Shown here: positions 39,782-50,080 of the stretch, in pieces
Layout of the letters: each line of letters opens with the position of its first letter
Position numbering within the stretch: position 1 is the first letter of the stretch
IMG/VR virus record: IMGVR_UViG_3300031521_000015
Strand: one strand, 5' to 3'
DNA length: 64,000 nucleotides
Source: a virus
The notes under the pieces: model-generated
Told to the model about the DNA's origin: nothing
The model's input: the letters and a program-made list of their open reading frames with translations, nothing else
Database searches by the model: none
Program-made: the position numbers and the translations under genes

Positions 39782-40003
39782 TTATTTATTAGCTATTATC
39801 CATTGCATAAACTCAAACGCACCTTGCAATAACTTTCCGTCTTCTTGACTCTCAGAATATTCTAAGAAATATTGTCTAAGCTTTTCATTGTCAGCCTCAC
39901 GAATTTGAGTTTCAAAATCCTTTTGATATTGTTTAAATTTGTTACTTTCTACTAATATCTTTTCTTTGTCTAAAAACTTTTGCATTTGACTTCCCATATT
40001 CAT
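39782..40003 (-). CDS. Hypothetical protein
   Basis: RBS AGGAG. Confidence 0.45.
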   Translation of the reverse strand: MNMGSQMQKFLDKEKILVESNKFKQYQKDFETQIREADNEKLRQYFLEYSESQEDGKLLQGAFEFMQWIIANK

Positions 40004-40196
40004 TCACTCCTAAATTTCATTATTATATTCTCCCATCTTTTCTTTATTTTCTTGCGTTTGTCTCTTGTTGATTTTATATAATAATTTATATACTTCTTCC
40101 ATATCTTCATCATTCATCTTCAATAGCAAATTAGAAAATTGAATATTTAGACATAATTTTTTATTAATTATTATCACTCCTTCATCAGTTAAATGA

Positions 40197-40394
40197 CTAT
40201 AATAGTATCCATCTCTTTGAATCTAGCATTTTTAAAGACAAACTTGTAACCATTGGTTTAGTCAAATAAGTTAAATATAAGTCTCCATCTCTAATAAAGT
40301 ATTCTTTATTGTTAAATCTGCATCTACCGCCATTATCCATATATTTTCTAGCAGTTTGGAAATCAACATATTCTATTTCTTGCATTTGTTCCAC
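40197..40394 (-). CDS. Hypothetical protein
   Basis: Co-directional small ORF. Confidence 0.45.
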   Translation of the reverse strand: MEQMQEIEYVDFQTARKYMDNGGRCRFNNKEYFIRDGDLYLTYLTKPMVTSLSLKMLDSKRWILL

Positions 40395-40414
40395 CTTCTT
40401 TATTTAATTTAAAA

Positions 40415-40558
40415 TTAAAGCTCACTCAAATTATACATCGGTACTAAAACTTGCTTATTATTTATGTATACGTACATTGCTTGGTATCCTTCTCTAGCAA
40501 CTCTAACTACTTGTCCTGATGGATTGTACCTTACATACAATGTTTGTCCATTTATCAT
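40415..40558 (-). CDS. Small hypothetical protein (47 aa)
   Basis: RBS AAGGTG; MINGQTLYVRYNPSGQVVRV...; fills the gap between neighbours. Confidence 0.45.
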   Translation of the reverse strand: MINGQTLYVRYNPSGQVVRVAREGYQAMYVYINNKQVLVPMYNLSEL

Positions 40559-40575
40559 ATATTTCACCTTCCTTT

Positions 40576-41166
40576 CTATTTAACAATATATCCAACTTTT
40601 CTATCAACTCCGTAAGATTGAATTCTCTTTTTATATTGACTATCTGATTCTGATTCACGCCTAGGAGTATAAACATCCAATCTAATACTTCCATCATTAT
40701 TAACTTTTATATATTTGCTACTTCCCCTATCTTCAACTACATACTCGTTACCATCAATAATTATTTTAGTTCCAAAAGGTATATGAGGTGGACTCGCTAC
40801 CATTCCACGAGAAATTCGTTTGTTACTAGCTGTAATTCCATCTGTTTTACCACATTCACTTTCCAATACTCCATAGTAAGTTAATACAAACTCTTGCCAT
40901 TGAAGTTCATTTATTTTCTCTTTCTCTAATTGTTCTTGTTTAAGTTTCTCAGTTTTAATCTTATCGCTTTCTAATTTATCTTTTTCATATTGTATTTGTA
41001 TGGGATTTTTAACTAATCCTAAATTGTCTATCTGTACCATTTCGTTAACTTTAAATTCTTCTTTAATATTATTTGCCACGAATGGTATCTTTGCATTTGT
41101 TGGCATTATAAATAGTAAACTACTTGATAATAATACCACTGACAAACGCATTGTCCTATTCAGCAT
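40576..41166 (-). CDS. Secreted 3D-domain (cell-wall-related) protein
   Basis: Signal peptide; TYY...CGKTDGITAS...VA...IPFGTKI.I...YVVEDRG...RLDVY. Confidence 0.8.
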   Translation of the reverse strand: MLNRTMRLSVVLLSSSLLFIMPTNAKIPFVANNIKEEFKVNEMVQIDNLGLVKNPIQIQYEKDKLESDKIKTEKLKQEQLEKEKINELQWQEFVLTYYGVLESECGKTDGITASNKRISRGMVASPPHIPFGTKIIIDGNEYVVEDRGSSKYIKVNNDGSIRLDVYTPRRESESDSQYKKRIQSYGVDRKVGYIVK

Positions 41167-41203
41167 TTAATCAACTCACTTTCTTATGTATATCGGTATT
41201 TAA

Positions 41204-42070
41204 CTATATCTTGATTAATTTTAGTACCTTCTCAATTTCATTAGCTATTTCAACTATATTTGCAGTTTGTTCTTGAATTCCTGCTGATATTTCTTCCATT
41301 CCAGCAGATGTATCACTCATGCTAATATTAATTTCTTCTATATTAGCAATTCTAGTTATACTACTTTGTTTTAATTTTATGCTATTTTCTTTTCCAGTTT
41401 CAGTCTTTGTAAGTATAGTAGTAACCATAACTTGAAGTTCTTTTATTATTTGGCTTATCGTAGAACTAAAACCTTTTGATTGTTCTGCTAACTTTTTAAT
41501 TTCATCTGCTACAACTGAGAACCCTTTGCCATATTCCCCAGCTCTGGCAGATTCTATACTTGCATTTAATGATAAAAGATTTGTTTGGTTTGCAATTTCT
41601 TTAATAGCTTCTGTTATTTTAGAAATATCTTGCATTTTAATATTTAAATCATTCGCATTATCATAAATATTTTCAATATCGCTACTAAATTTATCCATTA
41701 TTCCACCATTGTTTTTAGCACTTTCGTATGCACTATTAACTCTTTCGGCTATGTTAAATATAGTTGCGTTGATCTCTTCTACTGTAGCCGTAAACTCCTC
41801 TGATATACTTGCTGAGGAATCAATGGCATTACTAATTGATTCAGTATCTTTTAATAGTCTTAAGGTTATTTCTTGTACTGATTTCTTATATTCTTCAAAT
41901 AGCTTATTCTTGGTTTCTAACTCTGTATTTAGTTCGTTATTTTGTAATTCTAATTTATTTATTTTGTTCTCATTTTCCTTTTTGATTATTTCTAATTTTT
42001 CATTCATTAGTTTTTCCATTGATTCTCTTGCTTCTTTTATACCTTTTTCATTTTTAAATAATTTCATCAT
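41204..42070 (-). CDS. Soluble methyl-accepting chemotaxis protein signalling domain
   Basis: [40 protein letters not shown] hairpin tip; no transmembrane or sensor domain. Confidence 0.9.
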   Translation of the reverse strand: MMKLFKNEKGIKEARESMEKLMNEKLEIIKKENENKINKLELQNNELNTELETKNKLFEEYKKSVQEITLRLLKDTESISNAIDSSASISEEFTATVEEINATIFNIAERVNSAYESAKNNGGIMDKFSSDIENIYDNANDLNIKMQDISKITEAIKEIANQTNLLSLNASIESARAGEYGKGFSVVADEIKKLAEQSKGFSSTISQIIKELQVMVTTILTKTETGKENSIKLKQSSITRIANIEEINISMSDTSAGMEEISAGIQEQTANIVEIANEIEKVLKLIKI

Positions 42071-42174
42071 CTTATATACTCCTTCGTATTTAATAATTTA
42101 TTTGTTGTTGGCTACCCTTGTCAACACTAAATTGTCAAATTTATCTGAGGAAATATAGTTTATTTATCAAATTC

Positions 42175-42417
42175 TTATAGTATTTCATCTTTAATCTCAA
42201 TCTCTTTGTCTCTGTCAAAGTTAAAATGATTGTTTATTCCTATATCACTCTGAAAATAAAACTTTTCGTTACAACCATCGGTTAAGCATCTTGCTACAAA
42301 TTCTACGTATTTATTGTTTTCTATTTCAACTAATTTATAATCGCTTGTTAATTGATAGTTTGATTGTTCACATATTGGGCAGTAGATTTTGTTTTCTTGT
42401 AATAATGCTTTATTCAT
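42175..42417 (-). CDS. Small Zn-ribbon protein
   Basis: CPIC...C....C. Confidence 0.5.
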   Translation of the reverse strand: MNKALLQENKIYCPICEQSNYQLTSDYKLVEIENNKYVEFVARCLTDGCNEKFYFQSDIGINNHFNFDRDKEIEIKDEIL

Positions 42418-42439
42418 TTTAATTCGCCTTCTTTATTTA

Positions 42440-42775
42440 TTATAAAATATCACTTAACATATCTTCTATAGTTTCCATAAAGTCAATTTTGTCTATATCT
42501 TCATTTTCTAACATTTCTCCAATATCATATTCAGCATTGAGTCTTTTATAAATTAGTTTAGAAATAGATTCATAATCATACCCTTTTACTTCTATATCCT
42601 CTATATTTTGAATTTTTCCTCTGGCTTTTCCTGTCATATAATGAATTAATCCTTTTGAATCAATAAAGCCTGTATCTCCACTCTTGACTAATATTGTATT
42701 GTTATTATCTATTGCACCTTTTATTTCAAAATCATCTGTTATTGTTACTATTTCTCCTATTTTATGTTTCATCAT
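42440..42775 (-). CDS. Hypothetical protein
   Basis: RBS AGGAG before MMKHKIG. Confidence 0.5.
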   Translation of the reverse strand: MMKHKIGEIVTITDDFEIKGAIDNNNTILVKSGDTGFIDSKGLIHYMTGKARGKIQNIEDIEVKGYDYESISKLIYKRLNAEYDIGEMLENEDIDKIDFMETIEDMLSDIL

Positions 42776-42813
42776 AACATCTCCTTTGATGTTTTTATTT
42801 ATATTAATTTGTT

Positions 42814-43116
42814 TTAATTTTTTATGTATCCACAACTTAGGCTCTCACAACCGTATATATTTTCTATCTCATTTGTTGGTTGCCCAAAATATTCACTAGA
42901 TTGAGTATTTCTTCCCAACTGCACTATATCTTCTCCACATAAGGGACATTTCTCTTTATCCAATGACCATTCTTCAAGTCTTTCTGACAAGTCATAAGCT
43001 AATTGTTTTGGATTGTCTGTAATTTGTACTATAAATTCATTTATAGTTTCTATTGTGAGTTTTGTATTGGTATTGCAATATTCCCATATCATTTGTAGTA
43101 GTTCATCTGCTGACAT
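42814..43116 (-). CDS. Hypothetical Zn-ribbon protein
   Basis: CPLCG...C....CGY; RBS GAGGTG; TTGACA promoter upstream. Confidence 0.5.
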   Translation of the reverse strand: MSADELLQMIWEYCNTNTKLTIETINEFIVQITDNPKQLAYDLSERLEEWSLDKEKCPLCGEDIVQLGRNTQSSEYFGQPTNEIENIYGCESLSCGYIKN

Positions 43117-43205
43117 TCTTTCACCACCTCATTTCCTTTACTGGTTAATATTAGTTTAACATCTAGATAATAGCTTGTCAATACTTTCTACATTAATTTA
43201 TTATA

Positions 43206-46200
43206 TTATTTTATAATTTTAGCAGATACTAAATTCCAATCCTTTTTCTTAGAGTTCCAAATTATTATACCTTGTGCGTTTCTACTGTCTTTCCTATTTA
43301 ATCCTGTGGTATTTACCATTTTAGTCTTACCAAAATTATCAGTTAATTCAATATCTATATCTTCAGTTATTTGAGTTATTAATATTGGTAATCCTAATTT
43401 CTTAGCTAAACTATTCTTTAATCTAGTAGCATTTTGTTTAGTAGCATATGAGGTTAATGGTATTATAACCAAATGCCCGTCAGGATACATTAATACTGTT
43501 TCTCCCTTATATTGGTTAGTAGTCAACATTCCTATTATGTTTTCATCTTTTTCTAGTGGCAATAAATTTGGTAAGAAGTCACCTATGGTACTTGGTGTCT
43601 TTTCATTGATTTCCCATAGATTTAAGAAATAAGCATTCCCTTGATTTGAAATAAAGATAGCTTTATCCTTGTTACTACATTGTATTATTGTTTTAACTTC
43701 ATCATCGTCTTTAATTTTTTGAGTTTCGTTATATTTACGTGTTTTCTTAAAATATTGTTCTTTCGTAAATATTAGTGTAGCTGTAAAGTCTTCAATTAGA
43801 TCTTCTTGTTTTACTTCTTTCACTTTATCTTCATAGATTATTTCTGTTTTACGAGGTTGTCCATATTCTTTTTTAACCCTTTGTAAATCTGATATAATCA
43901 TCTTATCAATCTCTGAATCAGTTTCTAATTTATATTCTAAGTTTTTGATATCATCTTCTAATGCATGAATATCTTTTATTTCATTTTCAATGTATTTCTT
44001 GTTTATGTTTCTTAATTTCATATCATAGACATATTTTCCTTGTATTTCATCTAAGTTGAATTCATTCATTAATTCTGGTATTATTTGATTTTCTTCACTA
44101 TATCTATTAATTTCTATAGCTTTGTCTATATTTAATAATACCTTTTCTAATCCTTTCAATAGATGTAATGATTTTGATTTTGTATTGATGTCATTAGATA
44201 ATACATTTTTTATACATGTTTTTCTGAATATCAACCATTCATCTAATATTCCTTTTATTCCTAATACTTTTGGTTTTCCATCTAAACATATGATATTCAT
44301 ATTAAAAGATTGTTTAGATTCCAAAGGAGTATTTTTATATAATAATGACATTAATTTATCAGTATTGGTGTTCTTTTTCACTTCTATAGTAATTGATATT
44401 CCACTTAATTCTGTTGTATCTATAACATTTGTTATAGCTTTATAGGATAAGTTTTTATCAGAACATAATTCTTTAATTCTTGCGACTATTGCTTCAATAT
44501 TTGTGCTATATGGTATTTGTGTGATTATTATATTATTATCAACAACTTTATATTTTGCACGTAACGTTACATTTCCTTTCCCCATATTATAAATATCTTC
44601 TAATTCATTTTTGTCATATAATATTTCACCTTCTGTTGCAAAATCTGGTGCAATTAAATAATCAGATACATTGATATCCTTGCTTGATATGTATGCAATT
44701 GTTGTATCTATTACTTCATTAAGATTAAATGATGGAGTTTTACTTGCCATTCCTACAGCGATACCTTCATTATAATTAACTAACAAATTAGGAAAAGTTG
44801 TTGGCAATAATTTCGGTTCTTGTTTTTGCCCATCATAATTTAGCATAAACTCAACTGCATTTTTATTAATATCCTTAAAAAATTCTTTATTAATATTTGA
44901 TGCACCAGCTTCAGTATACCTCATGTGAGCTTCTTGAAGTTCCTTACTATTGTGAGTGTGTAGCCCAAAATTACCCTTACCATTTACATAAGGATATAGT
45001 AATGTATCATCTTGTGCCATTCTAACTAAGGTTTGATAAATACTACCATCACCATGTACATTATAAGACATATTATCTCCAACTATATTAGCTGATTTAG
45101 TTCTTTTATCATATAATCCTTTTTCATGTAACGTCCATAATAATTTCCGATGAGAAGGTTTGAATCCATCAATTCCGATGATTGCTCTATCTTTAACTAT
45201 ATCTATTGCATAAGGAAGATAATTCTCATTAACTAATTGAACTACATCTTTACTGTCACACTCATCAAAATGCTCAATATAATCAAAGTTATTTGTAATC
45301 ATATCTCTTCTATTTTCTACGTTATCACCTAACCACAATTCAAAAACTTCCATCATTGCTTCAATATCTGATACAGTTACTTGAGTCAATCTTCTTGTAT
45401 CTGGATTCATTATAGCTTTAGCCATAGTATCTTTTTGCATTTGTCCTAAACCTTTATTACGTTCAGGTGGATAATATTTAATTCCTTTACTGTCCAAATC
45501 TTTGGTTATATCTTCTTTTTCTTTATCAGTGTAAGCGAATAAAGTTTCTTCTTGTTTTTTATCTTTGTTTTTAGTAGTAATTTCAAATAGTGGTGCTTCA
45601 GCAATATAAATATATCCTTGTTCTATTAATTCTTTTGACATTCTATATACGCAACACAGAATTAAGCATCTAATTTGATATGCGTCTATATCTTGGTCGG
45701 TTGCCAGAATTACCCTTTTCCATCTGAAATTATCTATATTAAAGTTAGGTAATGGTGGTTTATCTTTTGTTTTCACATTAAATTTTGAATTATATAAATG
45801 AGTTCCACAGCAAAATACTCTGTATAAGTTATATACTACTTCATTAGCAAAAATTTGTTTTTCTGTGGCTTTTAAAGTAGATAACATTTTACCACCTACA
45901 TGAAATCCAGCTTGAAAAAATGATTTTCTACTTTGTAATATTCCACCAAGTGCAGACGATCCTTCCCCTATGTATATCTCAGCTAAGTCTTTGTCTTTGG
46001 TTATACAATTTTTAAAGTTTTTTATATCATCTGTAAATTTAATTTCATCAGATAATTTTGCTTTAGTTTTTTGCCTAGTTTCTTCACTTTTTTCTCTTGC
46101 TCTTTTATTTATTAATATTATTTTTGATAAATTATCCATATCTTCTTTATTTTCAATTGAATAAATCTCTAAAAAGTCCTTTATGTATGTTTTAACAGTC

Positions 46201-47252
46201 GTTTCATAAAGTTCTTTTTTAGTTGAGAATTTTGTTTGAGAAGTATATGATACATTTGTAGAATTTACATCGCATATATAAGATATACTTTCCTCAATAT
46301 CTTTTAATGTTATAGGCTTTTCTCCTTTTCCATACATGTTATTGTCTTTTAAATAGCTGTTTATGGAATCTTTAAAACCACTTATTAGACCTCTATGAAC
46401 CGTATTGTCTTCTAGTTGTGGCATATAAATTCCATTTAAAAATGGATAATGTAACACCTTCTCTTTTGAAAAATTAACTACTAGATTAATTTTGGTTTTT
46501 TCTATATCATTTTTTTGCTTATCAATATTATAAAATTCACTTTCATATTCTTTTTCTGTAACTATTATATTATTAATTTCTCCTTTAATTTCTTTAAACT
46601 CTAGGTATTTAGATAAATTTTTAAAATTAAAAGTATAACATTGGTCTTTATATTTAAATATAGAAGTTATATTTGGGCTAGTAACAACTATTCTTTCTAC
46701 AATACCCTTAGCTTCATTTTCATTAAAAACAGTATTAGTATATATTTTATCACATAATTTAAAGGTTATTTCTGTTCCATGTTCTTCAGTAGTTCCTAAG
46801 CATTCAAAAGGAACAGAAATTTCTCCACCATTTATAAATTGTATATGATATATTTTCCCATTTCTTTTTGATGTAATATCCATAAAATCACTAGAATAAT
46901 TTATTATAGTATTTCCACAGCCATTTGTGCCTCCAGAAGTTTTGCCTGTTGACATTTTGCTTCCACTAAACAATATTAAAAAAGCATGTCGCCAATTGGG
47001 AATTCCATTACTTTCTCCATCTAAAATTATTCCACAACCATTATCTTTTATTGTTATTGTTTCATTATCATCATTTAGTATCACCTCTATTATTCCGTTT
47101 TCAGAATCCATTTCGACTAATATATCTCTACAATTTGTTACACTCTCTCTTATTGGATGATAAAAATTATCATATCCATCAAAAAATACTGGTAATTTTA
47201 ATATAGCTTGCTCTTTATCTGATAAATTTCTGTATGCATCTTCTTGTATCAT
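43206..47252 (-). CDS. Type IIA topoisomerase, GyrB/ParE and GyrA/ParC fused in one polypeptide
   Basis: GHKL (E...N..D, DNGCGI, GGTNGCG); TOPRIM (EGSSA, TDQDIDA, RNKGLG); then DRAI..DGFKP, HGD, GNFG and AHMRYTE catalytic Tyr. Confidence 0.92.
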   Translation of the reverse strand: MIQEDAYRNLSDKEQAILKLPVFFDGYDNFYHPIRESVTNCRDILVEMDSENGIIEVILNDDNETITIKDNGCGIILDGESNGIPNWRHAFLILFSGSKMSTGKTSGGTNGCGNTIINYSSDFMDITSKRNGKIYHIQFINGGEISVPFECLGTTEEHGTEITFKLCDKIYTNTVFNENEAKGIVERIVVTSPNITSIFKYKDQCYTFNFKNLSKYLEFKEIKGEINNIIVTEKEYESEFYNIDKQKNDIEKTKINLVVNFSKEKVLHYPFLNGIYMPQLEDNTVHRGLISGFKDSINSYLKDNNMYGKGEKPITLKDIEESISYICDVNSTNVSYTSQTKFSTKKELYETTVKTYIKDFLEIYSIENKEDMDNLSKIILINKRAREKSEETRQKTKAKLSDEIKFTDDIKNFKNCITKDKDLAEIYIGEGSSALGGILQSRKSFFQAGFHVGGKMLSTLKATEKQIFANEVVYNLYRVFCCGTHLYNSKFNVKTKDKPPLPNFNIDNFRWKRVILATDQDIDAYQIRCLILCCVYRMSKELIEQGYIYIAEAPLFEITTKNKDKKQEETLFAYTDKEKEDITKDLDSKGIKYYPPERNKGLGQMQKDTMAKAIMNPDTRRLTQVTVSDIEAMMEVFELWLGDNVENRRDMITNNFDYIEHFDECDSKDVVQLVNENYLPYAIDIVKDRAIIGIDGFKPSHRKLLWTLHEKGLYDKRTKSANIVGDNMSYNVHGDGSIYQTLVRMAQDDTLLYPYVNGKGNFGLHTHNSKELQEAHMRYTEAGASNINKEFFKDINKNAVEFMLNYDGQKQEPKLLPTTFPNLLVNYNEGIAVGMASKTPSFNLNEVIDTTIAYISSKDINVSDYLIAPDFATEGEILYDKNELEDIYNMGKGNVTLRAKYKVVDNNIIITQIPYSTNIEAIVARIKELCSDKNLSYKAITNVIDTTELSGISITIEVKKNTNTDKLMSLLYKNTPLESKQSFNMNIICLDGKPKVLGIKGILDEWLIFRKTCIKNVLSNDINTKSKSLHLLKGLEKVLLNIDKAIEINRYSEENQIIPELMNEFNLDEIQGKYVYDMKLRNINKKYIENEIKDIHALEDDIKNLEYKLETDSEIDKMIISDLQRVKKEYGQPRKTEIIYEDKVKEVKQEDLIEDFTATLIFTKEQYFKKTRKYNETQKIKDDDEVKTIIQCSNKDKAIFISNQGNAYFLNLWEINEKTPSTIGDFLPNLLPLEKDENIIGMLTTNQYKGETVLMYPDGHLVIIPLTSYATKQNATRLKNSLAKKLGLPILITQITEDIDIELTDNFGKTKMVNTTGLNRKDSRNAQGIIIWNSKKKDWNLVSAKIIK

Positions 47253-47291
47253 TATGTAATCACTCTCCTGTTATAATTTATTCAATATATT

Positions 47292-47651
47292 TTATCCAAG
47301 CCAATCAACATTATAATTATATTCTTTAATAACATCTAAAGCTTCTTCCATATCTTTACCTATGAATTTCTCAGCTTTATTATTAATATCACCTTTGTAC
47401 ATATATTCATCATTATAATAAACATCGTCAGCCGTAATTCTATATAAGTTAGCTTGTTCTGTTTGTGTTAATTCTTCAAAATCTATTAATACAATATTTT
47501 CATTATCTATTTCTTCTTTTAATAGTTCCAACAATACATCTTCTAGCAGTTCTTGATCTTCAATATGACCTTCTTGAATTGTTATAATTCTATCACTATT
47601 AAATTCTAAATCATCTATATAATACTTATACCTAACCATGTAATCAATCAT
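47292..47651 (-). CDS. Hypothetical acidic protein
   Basis: RBS AGGAGG; overlaps the upstream stop. Confidence 0.5.
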   Translation of the reverse strand: MIDYMVRYKYYIDDLEFNSDRIITIQEGHIEDQELLEDVLLELLKEEIDNENIVLIDFEELTQTEQANLYRITADDVYYNDEYMYKGDINNKAEKFIGKDMEEALDVIKEYNYNVDWLG

Positions 47652-48291
47652 ATTTAACTTCCTCCTTAATATATTTTAATTTATTATATGTAGAATTATT
47701 ATCACCTTTTGGATAAGGCTCTTGTTTCCACAAACATTTTAAATATTTATCAAAAATAATTAAATACCTATGTTTTCTTGTTCGTGGTCTATGTTCTCCA
47801 ATTAATCCTTTTATTTTACCTCTCTGATGTTTTATGTATGTACCATCTTCTTGCAATATCCAAAAATCAGATTTCTTAGCAGTAAGTCCATAATATTTAA
47901 AATTAGTTGCTTGATATATGTATCCATTATGAAATTCGCTATCTGCATAAGATAGAATTGCTTTGACTTCTGCATCCTTCCTTAATAACTTTATTGTTCT
48001 GCTTAGAAACCATGAAGTTAAGTTCTTTTCATAATAAACTGGATTTAAAGCTAGTCTACCTAGTTCATATAAACCTTGTTGCTGATTTCTTTCTAATCCA
48101 AAACAACCTTTTGCCGTTTCTGGAACTGATAAAGTATGATATATAGCTACTCCTATTAAAGTATTGTCTAAGAATAAGCCATAATGGAATCCACTTCTGA
48201 ATGAATAGCCCTGTTTTGATAGATAATGAAACTCTTCTAAGATATCTTTTGCTTCTTGTCTTGATACTTTTTTAATAACATAATCTTTAAT
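47644..48291 (-). CDS. Mom-family (GNAT-fold) adenine modification protein, ATT start
   Basis: RBS GGGAGG then ATT. Open frame IKDYVIKKVSRQEAKDILEEFHYL...YELGRLAL...NLTSWFLSRTIKLL...ILSYADSEFHNGYIYQATNFKYYG...KHRY, in frame with track ORF 47644-47856. Confidence 0.8.
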   Translation of the reverse strand: MKDYVIKKVSRQEAKDILEEFHYLSKQGYSFRSGFHYGLFLDNTLIGVAIYHTLSVPETAKGCFGLERNQQQGLYELGRLALNPVYYEKNLTSWFLSRTIKLLRKDAEVKAILSYADSEFHNGYIYQATNFKYYGLTAKKSDFWILQEDGTYIKHQRGKIKGLIGEHRPRTRKHRYLIIFDKYLKCLWKQEPYPKGDNNSTYNKLKYIKEEVKYD

Positions 48292-48358
48292 TTGATTTAC
48301 CCTCCCTTTATCTCTATTAATTTATTAAAACCAAATAAAATTTCTCTTTTAAATTCTC

Positions 48359-48571
48359 TTACTTATCAAAAGTAATTATACTTTTATTTAAAAACTGACT
48401 TGCATCTAGTCCTTCAAAGCTAATACTATCTCCATTCCAACTTTTATGTATACTATATTGACTTATAACATACATCTCATTATGAATCATGATCTTTGTT
48501 TCTTTTTCAATCTCAACTATTCCATATTTCTTTAATATTCTACTAGCTATTTTACACAAGAACTTTTTCAT
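48359..48571 (-). CDS. Hypothetical protein
   Basis: RBS AGGAG. Confidence 0.45.
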   Translation of the reverse strand: MKKFLCKIASRILKKYGIVEIEKETKIMIHNEMYVISQYSIHKSWNGDSISFEGLDASQFLNKSIITFDK

Positions 48572-48590
48572 TTTATACCATTCTCCTTTA

Positions 48591-48737
48591 TTATTTTTTA
48601 ATTGAAGATTTCACAAAGTTTAAGTTGATGAGGAATAACAGTCCCCACATACTAACATATTTGCACATAATAACTGTACATATCATGGTTACTATATTCT
48701 CTAATATACTCCATTTATAATTTTTATTTAAATCCAT
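48591..48737 (-). CDS. Small membrane protein
   Basis: RBS AGGAG before MDLNKNY; hydrophobic core. Confidence 0.4.
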   Translation of the reverse strand: MDLNKNYKWSILENIVTMICTVIMCKYVSMWGLLFLINLNFVKSSIKK

Positions 48738-48877
48738 TTTTACATCTCCTTTTATTATATATATAATTATCAAATTGCTTTAAAATACAAATTTGAATTG
48801 GTTATTTTTAATTAACATTCGCATTGATATTATATTTTTTCGTAATTTTTATCATTTCTGCAAGATTTGAATTTATA

Positions 48878-49078
48878 TTATTCGTGTTTTGTTATTCTAA
48901 AACATTCAAAATTATTACAAGCCATTCCATCACATGCATCAACCTCTGAATTATCTATATCACAAAGACCTTCCCCTGAGAATTTACCCTCTATATTTTC
49001 ATATTCATCCTTGTAATGTATACAAAAATCACAAATTGAACCTATGTCTTTACATTCCTGTGAGCAAAATTTAGCCAT
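48878..49078 (-). CDS. Small Cys-rich protein
   Basis: 8 Cys; RBS GGAGG. Confidence 0.5.
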   Translation of the reverse strand: MAKFCSQECKDIGSICDFCIHYKDEYENIEGKFSGEGLCDIDNSEVDACDGMACNNFECFRITKHE

Positions 49079-49364
49079 TTATTTTACCTCCAATTCTATT
49101 CCAGTTCTCATCACAATATTCAAAGAACCATATCTTTCTGCTTGTCATAACTTCAAACCTATACATATTATCCTCAAAGATTTCTTCTACCATTTCATGC
49201 GAAAAGAAAATTCCATCAGTATCTACTATTTTTAATGGTTTATCAACTTGGATTTGTGATCTTGAATAATCTACTTTTCTATTATTGTACTGAGGACACA
49301 CTTCTTTTTGAGTATTTATATTAATTAGATTTTTAAGTTTTATATATTGAGTTGTCATATTCAT
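49071..49364 (-). CDS. Hypothetical protein
   Basis: Coupled ORF; RBS GGAGG. Confidence 0.45.
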   Translation of the reverse strand: MNMTTQYIKLKNLININTQKEVCPQYNNRKVDYSRSQIQVDKPLKIVDTDGIFFSHEMVEEIFEDNMYRFEVMTSRKIWFFEYCDENWNRIGGKING

Positions 49365-49619
49365 TTAATCATCCTCCAATAACGTGATATTGCCTTTACT
49401 AATTTTTAAAAACCCGTAATGTATATAATCATTATTTTCTTCTATAAATTCTGGAATAAAGAAATCAGTAATATAAAAATCTGTTGTTTTCGGTACTAAT
49501 ATAACTAACTTTACAACTTGGTTATAAGCTTTTCCTATGTATTTACTATCATTAGCCTCATTTCCTAATCCATCATGTATTTTAGTAATAACTGCTTTTC
49601 TACCTATTATATTTTTCAT
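49365..49619 (-). CDS. Hypothetical protein
   Basis: RBS GAGGTG. Confidence 0.45.
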   Translation of the reverse strand: MKNIIGRKAVITKIHDGLGNEANDSKYIGKAYNQVVKLVILVPKTTDFYITDFFIPEFIEENNDYIHYGFLKISKGNITLLEDD

Positions 49620-49702
49620 TTTAATTCACCTCTTTTTAATTTATTAACTTTCATTTAAAACAAGCAATTTACCTTGTCTACAAGTCCCTAAAATAGCCAT
49701 TC

Positions 49703-50080
49703 TTAGTTTTCTAAAAGTTCAGGATTTTCAAATTTATTCCCAACAATCTCTCTAAACATAAAACTATTAAAAAATTCATGTGCATTCCAATTACCAAACA
49801 TATAACAACCATTAAGATAAGTTACTTCAAATAGCTGAAAATAGTCTTTTCTGTTTTCTTCACAATCATAATTTCTATTGATAGCTTTGATAATATCACC
49901 TTTATAAATTTCCTTACCTTTATTATCATTTAAGCCCGTATATTTTGTTTTATCTCCTTTCAGTATTTTTAAATCCCATGAACCTTCATAAGACATTTTT
50001 CTTTCCAATATTTCTTGTAATGTAAAATACCAAAAGCGTTTTTCTTCTTTATCCCAAACTCTATATTTATCATTATTCAT
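49703..50080 (-). CDS. YopX-family phage protein
   Basis: KYRVWDK...YTGL.D.KGKEIY.GDII...EIVGN.FENPELL. Confidence 0.85.
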   Translation of the reverse strand: MNNDKYRVWDKEEKRFWYFTLQEILERKMSYEGSWDLKILKGDKTKYTGLNDNKGKEIYKGDIIKAINRNYDCEENRKDYFQLFEVTYLNGCYMFGNWNAHEFFNSFMFREIVGNKFENPELLEN

